A stretch of DNA of 64,000 nucleotides. Origin: Octopus sinensis. Its lineage: Eukaryota. The notes beneath the pieces were generated by a model. It searched no databases. It was not told the DNA's origin and worked only from the letters and a program-made list of their open reading frames with translations. A program made the translations under genes and the position numbers. The stretch is taken from positions 73,780,001 to 73,844,000 of the forward strand of contig NC_043002.1 in assembly GCF_006345805.1 (NCBI RefSeq), in the 5' to 3' direction. Shown here one piece after another: positions 40,160 to 52,504 of this stretch (positions are counted from its first letter, which is position 1; every line of letters begins with the position of its first letter).

Positions 40160-40710
40160 ATGGTTAATTGAAAAGCTAAAAAGATATGGTTTTCTAAACA
40201 AACAAAATTAAGAAACAAAGGAATTTATGAGAGCTAAATTCTACAATATTATGCAACATCTTGAATGCTGAGTAAAATGCATATTACTATGAAAAAAGAC
40301 CTGATTGAGCACATTGCTATGGTAAAATCTTTTTTACAGCTTTGCTTTAATAAAATATTTTCAGTTGAAAATCTACTTTACTTTTATACACTGAATTAAA
40401 AAGAAATTGCAATCATTTTTGCTAACCATGTGCATTCTTATTAGAAGCAACACAACTAAGGAAACCAGAAACTTTTTTCTGTATAATTAATAACCAATTA
40501 GGATGATCAATATTGATCCAGATATGATATTGAGTAAGCTTTGCTCAAGCTTCATAATTAAAGTTATTGTTGAATAACCCTAGGTTAGCTCTGATCAAGT
40601 TAAAAAAACCTTTGATTACATGTCTGAATAATAAGAGCTAATCTAAAGCTAAACAACAATTGAATAATTTCTGAATACTAACGAAATTCTAAATACATAA
40701 ATGAACTTAC

Positions 40711-40875
40711 CTCGTCAGATTCAAAGACATGACAAAGAATCTTCGCCTGTTTCTTTCTTCGTAAAGATTCATCCCCCGGGCTGGAGAGGAGACGCCGGCG
40801 AGCCATGATTACCAGGATGTCGCCAATGTCAGCAATATATGATATTGTCCGTAAGGAATGATCCATCATGATTTC
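40711..40875 (-). CDS. APBA1: Internal coding exon (165 nt, phase 0/0) of X11/Mint/LIN-10 (APBA family), PTB domain
   Basis: ...cgcttctacag|GAA ATC ATG ATG GAT...GAC GAG|gtaagt gives [55 protein letters not shown]. [16 protein letters not shown] and CHVFES are diagnostic of X11/Mint; joins in frame to the 43631-43717 exon. Confidence 0.97.
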
Positions 40876-41335
40876 CTGTAGAAGCGAAAAATTTTAATTG
40901 TGACAAATTTCAATGAAAAACAAGTTTTATAACATTTACCTAAGATGAGGTAAAGAAATGAAAAGAGCTAAAGCATACAAAGATGAGTACTATGAACATC
41001 GCATTCATGTAAATGAATTGTTAAACATTTTAAGCAAGAACCTCAACAAAAAAATTATATATTTAGTATAGTATATAGCAACAAATAGAAATGGTGAAAA
41101 ATAAAATTACACACATATAAACATACACACACACATTATGCAACTCCTGTCCTTTCATCATATATTTATTAATATTATGCTTTGTACTTTCTGATTCATA
41201 TAAGAATCTAGAGCAGAGGACATCACAACCCCTTGCTTTTAGAGCTTACTACCATACTACTACTGTGAAATATAAATATATATTGGGTTCTAGCAACTGG
41301 TTATTAATACTGATATGACTAAGCAGAATCATTAC

Positions 41336-41377
<42 letters not shown>

Positions 41378-42059
41378 TACATATACACACACACACGCAC
41401 ACTTTTGATTAGTTTCTTGACTAAACGATGGGAAAGGACTAAACTGTCATACTGCACAGTAGAAGCAAACTGTAGATATTTGATGGTTAATTTTCCAGCA
41501 GTAGTCAATCTCAATTCAACAATATTAAAGATCTCTGAGTGTTTGCATTTAAAGATTTAAAAAATAATAATAAAAAGTGAAGTAAATTTTCCAAATTTTC
41601 TTTTATTTTGTTTTCATTCATTTATTCATTTATTTATTTATTGCAATCCATGAAAATTTAGTAATATTAACATAGCTGGTTACATATTTAAATCATTTAT
41701 TTCCTAATCTGTAAAATTCCCAGCCTTGTAACATCATGAACCATTTTGCGGGAAAAAAACCCCATAAAAACTCAAATATTCTTCTTTTAAATGTCTAAAA
41801 TAATCTCAAAATTTAATAAACATTTCTATATTTCAATGTGACATACTAAACATTTCATACTTTTCTAACAAAATATTCCTTAGTTTTTGTTTACAGTAAA
41901 TAAACTCGTCCTTTGATATTGTCCTCCATGTCTTGGGCCCTTGTGGTCAATAAAAGAAATCATTATTATTCAACAGTTTGAATAATAGACACTGCTGGGT
42001 ATTACTCGCTTTTACCATTTATACTTGGAATTCATTTTACAGAAAATTAGTAACATTTT

Positions 42060-42725
42060 TTTTTTCTGTGCACAAGACCAATAATTTTGAGAAGGGAGGA
42101 GGCAAGTTGATTACACTGAGATCCTAGTGCTTAATTGGTATTTTATTTTATCAACCATGAAATGATAAAAGGCAAAGTCAGCCTCAGTGGAACTTGAATT
42201 CAGAATGCTTAGTAACATTTTGCCCAGCATGCTAACAATTCTGTCAGCTTGCTATAATAATAATAATAATAATTATTATTATTATTATGATCCTGTGTAC
42301 TATAGGCACAAGGCCTGAAATTTTGGGGAGCAAGTTGATTACTTTGATCCCAGTACTCAAGTGGTATTTATTTTATTAACCCAGAAAGGATGAAAGGCAA
42401 AGTCCACCTTGGCAGAATTTGAGTAAAAATGGATGAAATACCCCTTAGCATTTTGCTTGGTGTGCTAATAATTCTGCCAGTTCACTGCCTTATATATAAT
42501 AATAATATTCCTTTCTACTATAAGCACAAAGCCTGAAATTTTGAGGGAGGGGACCAGTTGATTACATCATCACCAGTGCATAACTGGTACCTATTTAATC
42601 AACCCCAAAAGGACTAAAGGCAAAGTCAACATTGGCAGAATTTGAGCTCAGAATGTAAAGATGGACAGAATGCTAAGCACTTTGCCCAGCATGGTAATGA
42701 TTCTGTCAGCTCACCGCCTTAAATA
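42060..42725 (-). mobile_element. Three tandem copies of the 9157-family SINE within the intron between the two PTB exons
   Basis: gcacaaggcctgaaattttg...aaaggcaaagtc...gctaacaattctgtcagct repeated three times. Confidence 0.85.
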
Positions 42726-42734
42726 TAATAATGA

Positions 42735-43305
42735 AAAGAAAAGTCATTGGAGGGGCAATGCATATCCTGCGTACAGATAAATTTTTCCACAAATTGCAAT
42801 GTGGTTTACAATGTGTTGCTTACCATTGCTTTTTAATTGAACTGATTTAATTTCTTTCTTTTTTTTTTCAAGTATCACCATTATAAGTATTTTACTCTGG
42901 TAAAATTAAAAAATCAACTCATAAATAAATGAAACCCTCAAATCCATCACTGTACACACACAGAGTCGCATATGTATGTATGTACCCACATGTGTCTACA
43001 TGCATAGGTACACCATGATTGATATACACACACAGACGAGGGTTGATTCATATGAAAAAGAAAGTGAAAAAAAAAAAGAAAGTGACCAGTTGCTTAACAG
43101 GAAATTTGTAAGTTCGATTTAAAACTTTTTTTTTTTAAAGATAACCAAACCAAATGTTCATCATTTTGAGCCACTCACCCAATGAGTATTTCTGCCAAAT
43201 GTGGTGAAAATCCGTTGAGCTGTTTTCCAGTAATTTTGCAAACACAGACAAACAAAGATGAGTGATTACAATACCCTGCTTTCGCCTATGCATGCAGGGT
43301 AATAA
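42735..43305 (-). mobile_element. Helentron-associated / DINE-1-like non-autonomous element
   Basis: Minus 5' end ttattaccctgcatgc...gcagggtat (short inverted repeat), tttgtttgtctgtg tract, aacggattttcaccacatttggc core; 3' end gcaggatatg followed by cattg-cccctc-caatg hairpin and a T-rich flank. Confidence 0.6.
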
Positions 43306-43630
43306 TAATGATAATAATAATAATAACAATAACAACAAGCAGGTAATAGCAAGAGTGCAGACTTTCTCAATGGATAGCATTTTACATGATAAAGAAAGAT
43401 TGTTTTGAATTGGATGTGCTTTCAAAAGATCAAATAAGACACATATTTCTCAAGTTAGCTAGATGCAATGTTAAATTTCACAAAGCCTGCTACATTTAAC
43501 ATTGTCATAAGTAAGAATTGATGGCAAAAGTTGATTTGCCAGTGTTGTGTGCACTATATTTCCCAAATGAAAAAAAGGATGTCAAAGAAAATGCTCCATA
43601 CTTCAAGAATGACAATAATTATAATATTAC

Positions 43631-43717
43631 CTGGAGATCTGTATTGAGAACCATGATTTTTTCAGTGGACACAAACAAATCTACTTCAGTACTAGGTTGG
43701 TTTTCTCCCTCTGGAGC
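43631..43717 (-). CDS. APBA1: Internal coding exon (87 nt, phase 0/0) of an X11/Mint/LIN-10 (APBA family) adaptor, PTB domain
   Basis: Minus strand ...ttttatttag|GCT CCA GAG...CTC CAG|gtaata translates APEGENQPSTEVDLFVSTEKIMVLNTDLQ, matching the X11/Mint PTB segment (human APBA1 [29 protein letters not shown], from memory). Symbol denotes the family; the invertebrate gene is a co-ortholog of APBA1/2/3. Confidence 0.95.
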
Positions 43718-44799
43718 CTAAATAAAATTAGAAAATAATATATATATATAACATTTTCCCTATTGAAAACAGATGAGAAAACATAATGGATTTCAGGTGG
43801 ATATTTTACAAAATAATTATACAATAAAATGCAATACATCTAGTGCATCTGAAAACAAATTTACATTTTTAAACTCAATTTCGAAATATTAAAGAATTTT
43901 TTTTGTTTGGTATTTTTCAATAAATACATCAACTTATTTTATAAAGAATATTATTTGTGGAGTTTGATTTGTTTTCCTAAATTCTTTGAACAATCAACCA
44001 TTAATGATACCTTTTTACCAGAGAAAGTTTTTGGCAGGTTTTTAAGTTACTCTACATCCTTTGTAGGCCTTTTTATATGCAAACTTTGAAAAATAATTAT
44101 TTAACAAATATGAATTATGTTTTATTCAGACTGACAAGCTAGACTATGTAGATTTTTAAAATATAAAAACTGAATAAAATGCTGTTCCCAGTTTACAAAA
44201 ACACCATTTTTAAAAATGATTAACGAGTATCCTGTTAAATAATATATATACAAGATGAGCAGTAAATGCACAAAAACAAATAAATAAAATAAAATATTTT
44301 GTTGCTCATTCTGTGGATAGATTATATGGTACATAAATTCCGTAACAAAATTGTTTTAGCTGTAGTTGGTAATTTAAAATCTGTTAACATATTTTGTTAT
44401 ATAATTGATTAATGGCCTAATTTAATAAGATGTTTATTTGAAAAATAATTGCTGGAAAAAAGAGAAAGGGGGAGCGAGAGAAAGAGAGGGAGAGATAAGG
44501 GGAGAGGGGGGGGGGCAGAATTAAAAAAGTTCAGTTTCAAAATAAAAAGAATTATGAAAGGAAAATATACAAGAATGGTCTTTAGAAGTGGAGTTTAGCT
44601 TATTTATGATATGAATTTACAACAGCTGAACATAATTATTATCATAAAGGTTCATGTAGTTAAGAAGTTCACTTCTTAACCACATGGATTCAGGTTCATT
44701 CCAATTGCAGAGCACAGCACCTTGGGCCAAGTGTCTTCCACAGTAGCCCTTGTGAGGAAATTTGGTAGACAGAAACTGAAAGAAACTTTTGTGAGTGTA

Positions 44800-44873
<74 letters not shown>

Positions 44874-45009
44874 AGTGAGTTTGCAATCTGCAGTGATCTA
44901 CTCTATAGACAGTGAGCCCCACAGCTTACAGCTGAGCTGCAAGTGATAGTGTCACTGTTTATAGTTGGCGACGTTTGCTGATATTTCATATCAACAAATC
45001 ATTTGCTAC

Positions 45010-45284
45010 ATTATCTACAACTGATGGATATTTGTCCTCATCTTGTTTGTTGTTAACACGTTTCGGCTGATATACCCTCCGGCCTTCATCAGGTGTCTTG
45101 GGGAAATTTCCAACCTAGATTCTCATTCCTAAGGAATTTTTCAATGTTGTTGTTGTCATTATTATTCAAGTTACTGCCTAGAATTGAACTCGAAATCTTG
45201 GGGTTAGTATCCCACGCTCTTAACCACTATGACATATGCCTGTGGGAATATAGTGTGGATTCCGAGTTTGATTCCAGGCAGTGA

Positions 45285-45323
<39 letters not shown>

Positions 45324-45505
45324 GAACAACAACATCGAAAAATACCTTAGGAATGAGAACCCAGGTTTGAAATTTCCCCAAGACACCTGATGAATGCTGG
45401 AGGGCATATCAGCCGAAATGTTGTGTTAACAATAAACAAGACGAGGACAAATATCTGTCAATTGTTAATAATGTACATAATTCCTCATCTCTTAAATATA
45501 GAACT
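45010..45505. mobile_element. Head-to-head inverted pair of a tRNA-headed short retroelement carrying a hammerhead motif
   Basis: Minus copy ~45240 to 45010 starts ggcatatgtcatagtggttaagagcg...gagttcaattc (box A/box B). Plus copy 45258-45505 is 5'-truncated just before box B. Arms are reverse complements over ~170 bp. Confidence 0.8.
45382..45427 (+). ncRNA. Minimal type I hammerhead ribozyme-like motif (second copy on minus strand at ~45055-45097)
   Basis: gacac-CTGATGA-atgctg-gagggcatat-cagcc-GAAA-tgt-t-gtgtt. Minus copy gacac-CTGATGA-aggccg-gagggtatat-cagcc-GAAA-cgt-gtt. Stem I gacac/gtgtt, stem II ggctg/cagcc, palindromic stem III ACGT. Confidence 0.7.
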
Positions 45506-48500
45506 GTAAAATCATTTGCTAGTTCTGCACTTGCAAATTCTTCTAAGGTTAAGATTCTCTTATTTGAAAAACAAATAAAAGTTATGATATTATCTGGTTG
45601 TAACCTAACCCTTGCTAGCATGGAAAAAGATATTAAACGAACAAACAAAAGGTATCCATACAATAAGAATTATTATAACCATAATTATATCAGAATCTGT
45701 GAAGTAACAATAATGGAGTATTATCATCATCATTGATGTTTAATACTTTAAGAAATACAAGTGTCATCTTACCAAAACATAACAGCCTGACTCACTGGCT
45801 TGAACCATTAAGTTAGTAAAATGTCATAAGTTCATTATTATAATTAATATTCTCATGATTTACTATGAATCTAGAGTTGTATGATTATGTCTCTTCTTAC
45901 AAATGGTCTCAAGTTTACTTATATATTAGCATTCTTATATACAAACAAAATTATTTATATCAAATTTTGTTCTGGTTTGCCTACACAAAAATTTTAATGG
46001 AATGTATGCTGAAAATCTTTATAATTCAAAAAGCTATGGCTCTTCTAAAACAATGTCTAAGACATGTGATTTACAAAAGCTGTATAGACACTACTAAATA
46101 TTAGATTTCGTGAATGCGTAGTTATTACAAGCTTCATTTTAATTTGCTCAAAATAAGGTTAGCTCCATAAATAATGCAGTTCACTGGGTATGTTGGAGAA
46201 AACTGCCTTTGAACAGAAAAATAAGAAAATTTAGATATGCACACCGATTCAAATAGTTATTTCCACTTTCCTAATAAACTTAACTATATAAACTGATTTG
46301 TAAATGAGCTGTGCAATTTCATCATGATAAAAATATCAGAAATGAAATAGTGAGTAATTCTGTATTCTAACATTGGAAAGACTTGCTTATAGCTTCAGTT
46401 GTGTTAAGATTACAAAAATATGAGTGCTCTCTTAAAAGAATGTTTTACAAATTGAAATAAATATTACGCTTTTTAAATGGATCTTTCTTCCTATTACTTC
46501 AGATCTTATTTCCAGCATTGATGGGCATGAGCATAGCTATGTGATTAAATTTTGGTAAATGAAAACTATGTGGAAAACTATTGTGACTGTGTCTCTGCTT
46601 GCTGACAATTTAGCATCAATTTTATGTTTCAGTCTTCCATAGAATCCCTAGCTGCAGTTTGATGTGCAAAGTACCTGACTTGAAAAACAATTAAGGGTCA
46701 TAGTCAGGGAGAGCTTCTGAGTATGTTAAGCTACTTCAAGATATTTCAGCCAACCTATGCCAGCATGGAGAAAGTGGTTTTAAAAATACTAATGATGATA
46801 ATAGTTCATAACTTTAACCATGTTTTAGAAGACAAAAGTTACATGTAGTTAATAATTGCCAAATAGATAATTAGAGCCACGAAAATAATACGTGAATTAA
46901 AAAAAAAAAAAGCTAAAAATTAATTAGATCAAAAGCAACCATTTTTAATGCCTATAATTACTGATAAAACGTACACTGCTAATTTGAATGTTATAGAGAA
47001 GAAAATTTACCAACAGTGGTTTTACAACTGAAATTTGATGCAATTTTCTAAACAGTTCTTTGAACTTCAAGATTAGGAAAGATATTTTGCTGCCAAGATT
47101 GTGTCAAAAGTTTATTGAAGTTTTCAGTTGAATACTTCTACTTTGACAAGGGGAAAATTAAATATGTACATAAAAACAAGATCATAATTTGTGAACATAA
47201 AATAAAATTCCAACCTAAGGGTAATAATTAAACATAATATTTTGTAATCAGTAATCACACTGACTAAAAGAAAAAAAAAGTTTAATCACTTCACATTTCA
47301 TAACACAATATATTTTATGTAAGATAGAACAATGCATATATTAAAACTTAATGTGATTCCTTCTTTCAGTAAATAAGCAAATAACTACATTATATTACTT
47401 TAACCATGACTCATCATAGGGTTGATAAACTCCCATTCTCACTATATTCTTTTTACTAAAAGAGCAGAAAACAACCTTCTCTACTCTTGCAATTCTCTAT
47501 GTCATCTTAATGTACTCTATATAAACTATAGTGACATAATTTCTTGACTTCAAACTAAACATTTCACTTCAGTCATTTTTCCTAATATTTATTTTCTTTT
47601 CAACTACTCAACTGAAACTCAATATCATCTCCAAAGTCTTCATCTAGTTAGAAGAGTTTTAAAAAAACAAACAAATAAAACATAGCCTTTGTATACTAAT
47701 GAAAGAGACTATAATATTTAGTATCCATCATCACATAATTTAAAGTTATGACAACAGGGCTGAAAACTACTAATGCTGAGTTTTTATCAAGACCAAAAAA
47801 GAGTCATATTAGGTGATTTTTGTGAATCTGGAAATGACCCACAAAATGGGTACTCACAGCATATTGAAATCAATTGAATACAATACTTTTAACTGTGCCA
47901 AATTCTCTGTTCTGGATGAAGTATCATTTACATTGAAGATCTGAAGCATGATTGACCAAAATACACAAACTCATAAGCTACTTATAATTTTATTCTTGGT
48001 ATAAGTATCACTATTCTTAGTGCAGTTTCTATTCTTATCAAATGACTAAAAATTACATACATTTTTGCAATCTAGCTACATCCTGATGAATCATTAAAAA
48101 AAGTATTTTCCCATAATATTAACTTCCTGTTAGGTCTATTCTTCTTTTCATTTTTCAATATTCATCAATATATTCAACTTTGATCAAACAATTAAATTCT
48201 AGTCAAAACACAAAAAATCCAATTTCCTCCATGCTGCCAGCACATTTTAAAAAATTTACTTTTTTAAAAAAAAAATAAAATATACATCAGCAAATTCAAC
48301 CTTGATAAATATTTAATCTATGGGTAAAACATTTTCAGCATAATAATCAAAAAACTCAATCAGCCAAAGGTAGAAAATTATGTTTAATTACTGTAAATAA
48401 TTTTGCATTAGTAACATTAAAATAATGAAATTCACAACACCTATAGGAAAAAAGTGCCATTCAGTTGGAAAGAAAAAAAAAACTGACAATATTTTTTTAT

Positions 48501-48569
48501 GAAAAATGATTAATTTTGTTTATTATTTCTTTAAATTAATGATTTCTTTTAAATGATATTAATAATTGT

Positions 48570-49150
48570 TCCTAGCAAAGACACATGGTCTGAAATTTTG
48601 TGGAGAAAGTTAGTTAATACTATCAACCCCAGCACTTTCTTTATTGACTCCGAAAGAATGAAAGGCAAAAGTGACTTTTGCAGGATTTGAACTCAGAATG
48701 GCAATATTTGGAAGAAATACTATAGAGGCATTTTGTCTCACTCCAGTGATTCTGGCAATCAATGCTAATAAACATACATGCAGGTATAGCTGTGTGAATA
48801 TGGAATTCACTTCATAGCCATGTGGTTTTGACTTCTGTCTCATGGCACCTTGAACAAGTATCTTCTACTACAGCCCCAAGTTGACCAATGTTTTGATTGT
48901 GGAATTAGTAGAATTTGACAGAAACAGTATAGAAGCCTAGTTTGTGTGCATGTGTGTTGTGTAACTGTTTACATTGTCTTTGCATGAAACCTACGAAGCA
49001 AAAATGGTGACATGCTGCTGACATTCACCCCATTGCTCTGAACTTTTGAAGACAAGTGGAATAAAAACTCCCTTACTTCAGAAATGGCAACAGTTAGTGA
49101 CAGGAAAGACATCTGGCTGTAAAATAATGCCCAACCCTTGCTAACATGGA
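48570..49150. mobile_element. Two adjacent degenerate SINEs (minus 9157 family, plus 8251 family)
   Basis: gaatgaaaggcaaaagtgac...gaactcagaat; caggtatagctgtgtg...ggcaccttgaacaagtatcttc. Confidence 0.7.
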
Positions 49151-50659
49151 AAAATTAATGAATAGGTGAATACATATAATGCATCACTATTTAATTTTCT
49201 CTAAACACATCTTGAAAATGTATCACATTTTATAGTTCCAAATCCCAAAAGGTACAATCCTCACACACTAAAAAAAAAACACATTTTTATTATTACATAA
49301 AATGTAGTTATTATGCAAATAATTATAATGTATTCATCATTACTTCCATATCTGATTTTAGACACTGGAAGCATTCTTTCATATATCTAATACTAGCATC
49401 ATCAGAATGTTCATTACTGGATTAATTGATGAATGCATCGAAATATCTAACTAGTGTTTCTCACTTCAGTAAGCTGCATGAGAATTAACACAATATTTTT
49501 ACTGCTGCATTCAATTTCTATTGTCAGCTACAAGGACAATTTGACTCAGGTGTTTATAGTAACACCAGTAAAGTGGAATTTGCATATGTGTCAGCAATGT
49601 AAGAGCTTTACAAGTCCAGTCTATGACACAGGTTCAATTCTTCTTCAAACCATTTCATTTTCATACTCCTTATGTCTACAATTTCCCTCCATAACCAATA
49701 GTTTTACTGAAGAATGAACTTCACAGTTTAACTTGCCTTCAATTGTGTAAATAGGACATTTAGATATGAAGACACATATAATTTTTCTGTTGCCATAACT
49801 CAAGTTAACCAATGCTTTGTGAGTGAAATTTGCTAGTTAGAAAATCTGTGGAAGCCTGTTGTGCATGCACACTCATCTAAAGGTGCTAATTCGCATATCA
49901 AAAAGTACTTTGTTATTTAAGAACTGAGTTGCATCCCTTTATGTCGAATGTCATATATTTTTCACTTTCAATGTGAGTTATGTGGCCAGGTTATAAAGCA
50001 TTCACAAATTACATTCTCACTCACTCTTAGAAAAGAAGGAAAGATATAAAAATGAAACAGCTACTGTTAAGTTTGGCAATCTTGGCTGTTGAAAAACTTC
50101 ATCCTATTATAAATATATCATCCCATGTTGAGAAAATAGTATTCAGTCTCTGTTTTTGACATTCAAAATAGCCTGATATTCCCTAATTGCTTAGTGCAGT
50201 TCATATTTTGGTACTTCAGTGTTAGATACATTAGTCTCCTTCAGAATTCTTTTAGAAACCAATATTCACTAACCATATTACAAAAGTACAAACACAATTT
50301 TTTCACAGCTTTTGTATCTCCCCAAAAATATCAAGAAAAAAAAATTTTAGATCTAGTTAAAAGCATTGGTCTCAGTGGTCTGAGTATAGGTAAGGAATTC
50401 CCAGACAGTTTCTTCTGTAGAGCAGATAGAGAAAGAATATCTGAATCATGTACTTGTTACATGTACAACCTAGATGGTTTTTCTTTTGGTGGGGTGGAAT
50501 TCAGTCTTAAAAGCTTGATATGGTACCACATGGTCAAATGCTTTTAGTAAAGAGCATATGTGTATGAGAAGGCTGATGCTTAGGAATATACGTTTGTTTT
50601 AAGTCTATATTCTACAATGAATAACCAAAAAAGGATATAAGATTTCCTGCAGAATCATT

Positions 50660-50840
50660 ATAGCATCAAACATCATTCAGTTCTTTACATTCGATTTCAA
50701 ATACCCCCAAGGTCAATTTTTGCCTTTTGTACTTTCGGAATCGATAAAATAGAATACAAATCAAGTATTAGAGCCAATATAATCATTTAACTTCCCTCCC
50801 CTCAAAATTGCTGGCCATGTGTCTAAAACAGAAACTGTTA
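50660..50840 (+). mobile_element. Degenerate 9157-family SINE
   Basis: ctttacattcg...aaggtcaatttttgcctt...gataaaat...cctcccctcaaaattgctggcc. Confidence 0.7.
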
Positions 50841-52110
50841 TTAAAAAAAACTATTTTGACTATTTTTATGACTAATGTTACAGCTTACATTTTTTAAAAA
50901 CTTAATTTTGCATTTTTTCCCCAATATTTTTATCACAACCACAAAGATATTTATTTTAAAACCAGTTCATTAATTACAATCTTCTTTTCAGAAAATATGG
51001 CTATTTAAAAAAAAAAAATTATTGTGCAGCTGAAAACAAATATAATAGGGTTGGTAACAGTAAAAAATTTTTTTTAATCACATAGTTTTAAATAAAATAA
51101 TTTAAAATTCTCTTTGGAATTAAATGATCATTTCTGAAAAAAAAAAAAATGTATATAAAAATAGTATATACTATTAATTCACAATGTTATCAAAATATTT
51201 TTTTGAAATGAATATCTAATACTAAAATAAGACTGAATAAAATTACCTTACGATCAAACACACAGATAGGAAATAAAAATATCATATAAAAAAAGATATA
51301 ACAAATACATATATACTATGACTATTATCATCATCTGAAGCTCATTATATCAAAAGTACATTGCACTTAAATGGAATATTAAACTGCATTGACTATCAAA
51401 ATAGAAAAATAGCGGGCAATTTCATAAACTACCTTAATATAGATATAATACTGGTCACAACAAAGACTAATGTAATAAAAAATTACAAAACAAATTCTGA
51501 GTAAACAACTTCCAATTTCAATTTGAATATATGTAAAAATCCCTCACTCCTATTTTACAGTTCAGTGACTGTTTGCATAAACCACTAGATACAGAACACT
51601 AAAAAAAAAAAAATTTAGTTTTAAAAAATACCTGGGGAAAGTGCATGGAATAGACACTGCTGTATTTTGGCAAAATCATATGAATTATTTTATCAAACTC
51701 ATCAGTTTAATCTCAATTACTAAACATAGCTCCAGACCCAGAAAATTTATTTCTTGGTTCAACTGCATAGATCTAAGTGCAAAATAGTTCAGGACAGTGA
51801 GTGCTATACTACAATTTAAACACCACTCTCTCTAATTTGTTTCGAATATTGGAAAAATTCTCCAAGAAAATGTTTTCATTTGCATATTGTTTGATACATC
51901 AAGCAAGGGTAACTTAAAAATATAAGCCACTTGAAGAAGTAGGAGTGGGATTGAATTGTGTATGGCAAAGTTTTCACACCAATTTATGAATATATCATCT
52001 TTAACTCTTAACTTCTACAACACAATACGGCATGGGATTGCATTGGTGAGCCAGTCCTGAAATGCATGATATTTACATTAATTTTGAAAGAAATGAGGAA
52101 TTCTCTAAAG

Positions 52111-52297
52111 CAGTAGTTCCCAACCTGGAGCCTGCAGACCCCTGTTGGCCCACAAAGGTAGTACTGGGGGTCTGTGAACTAAATTCAAAATTTCATATAT
52201 ATATATATATAAGGATAAGCATATTAAAAGGAGTCCATGGGAAAACTCATTAAAATAAAAGAGTTGGGAACCACTGTGAAAAGGTTTGGAACCACTG
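52111..52297. mobile_element. hAT (Charlie-like) MITE with duplicated right terminus
   Basis: Left TIR cagtagttcccaacct; right TIR gttgggaaccactg at 52263-52276 and again ggtttggaaccactg ending 52297; 8-bp TSD-like ctctaaag / ttctaatg. Confidence 0.8.
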
Positions 52298-52504
52298 TTC
52301 TAATGCAACAGAAAACTCTTATCTATTCCTCTATCATTCACTGCTGTTCTGTTAAGAGAATGATTACAGAACTAGGCCTTTGACTTAATTTTCAACAAGA
52401 TGTTAAGAGTTACTGTTTAAATCAGTTAACTGAGAGTATAAGAACTAAAGGTTGCTGGTGTCGGGCTTAATTCCTCATTATTTTCTATAAATAATATAAA
52501 ACCC

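Noticed and set aside
45175-45240. tRNA gene
   Set aside because: Only degenerate box A/B as the head of a repeat; no complete cloverleaf. The same applies to other SINE heads.
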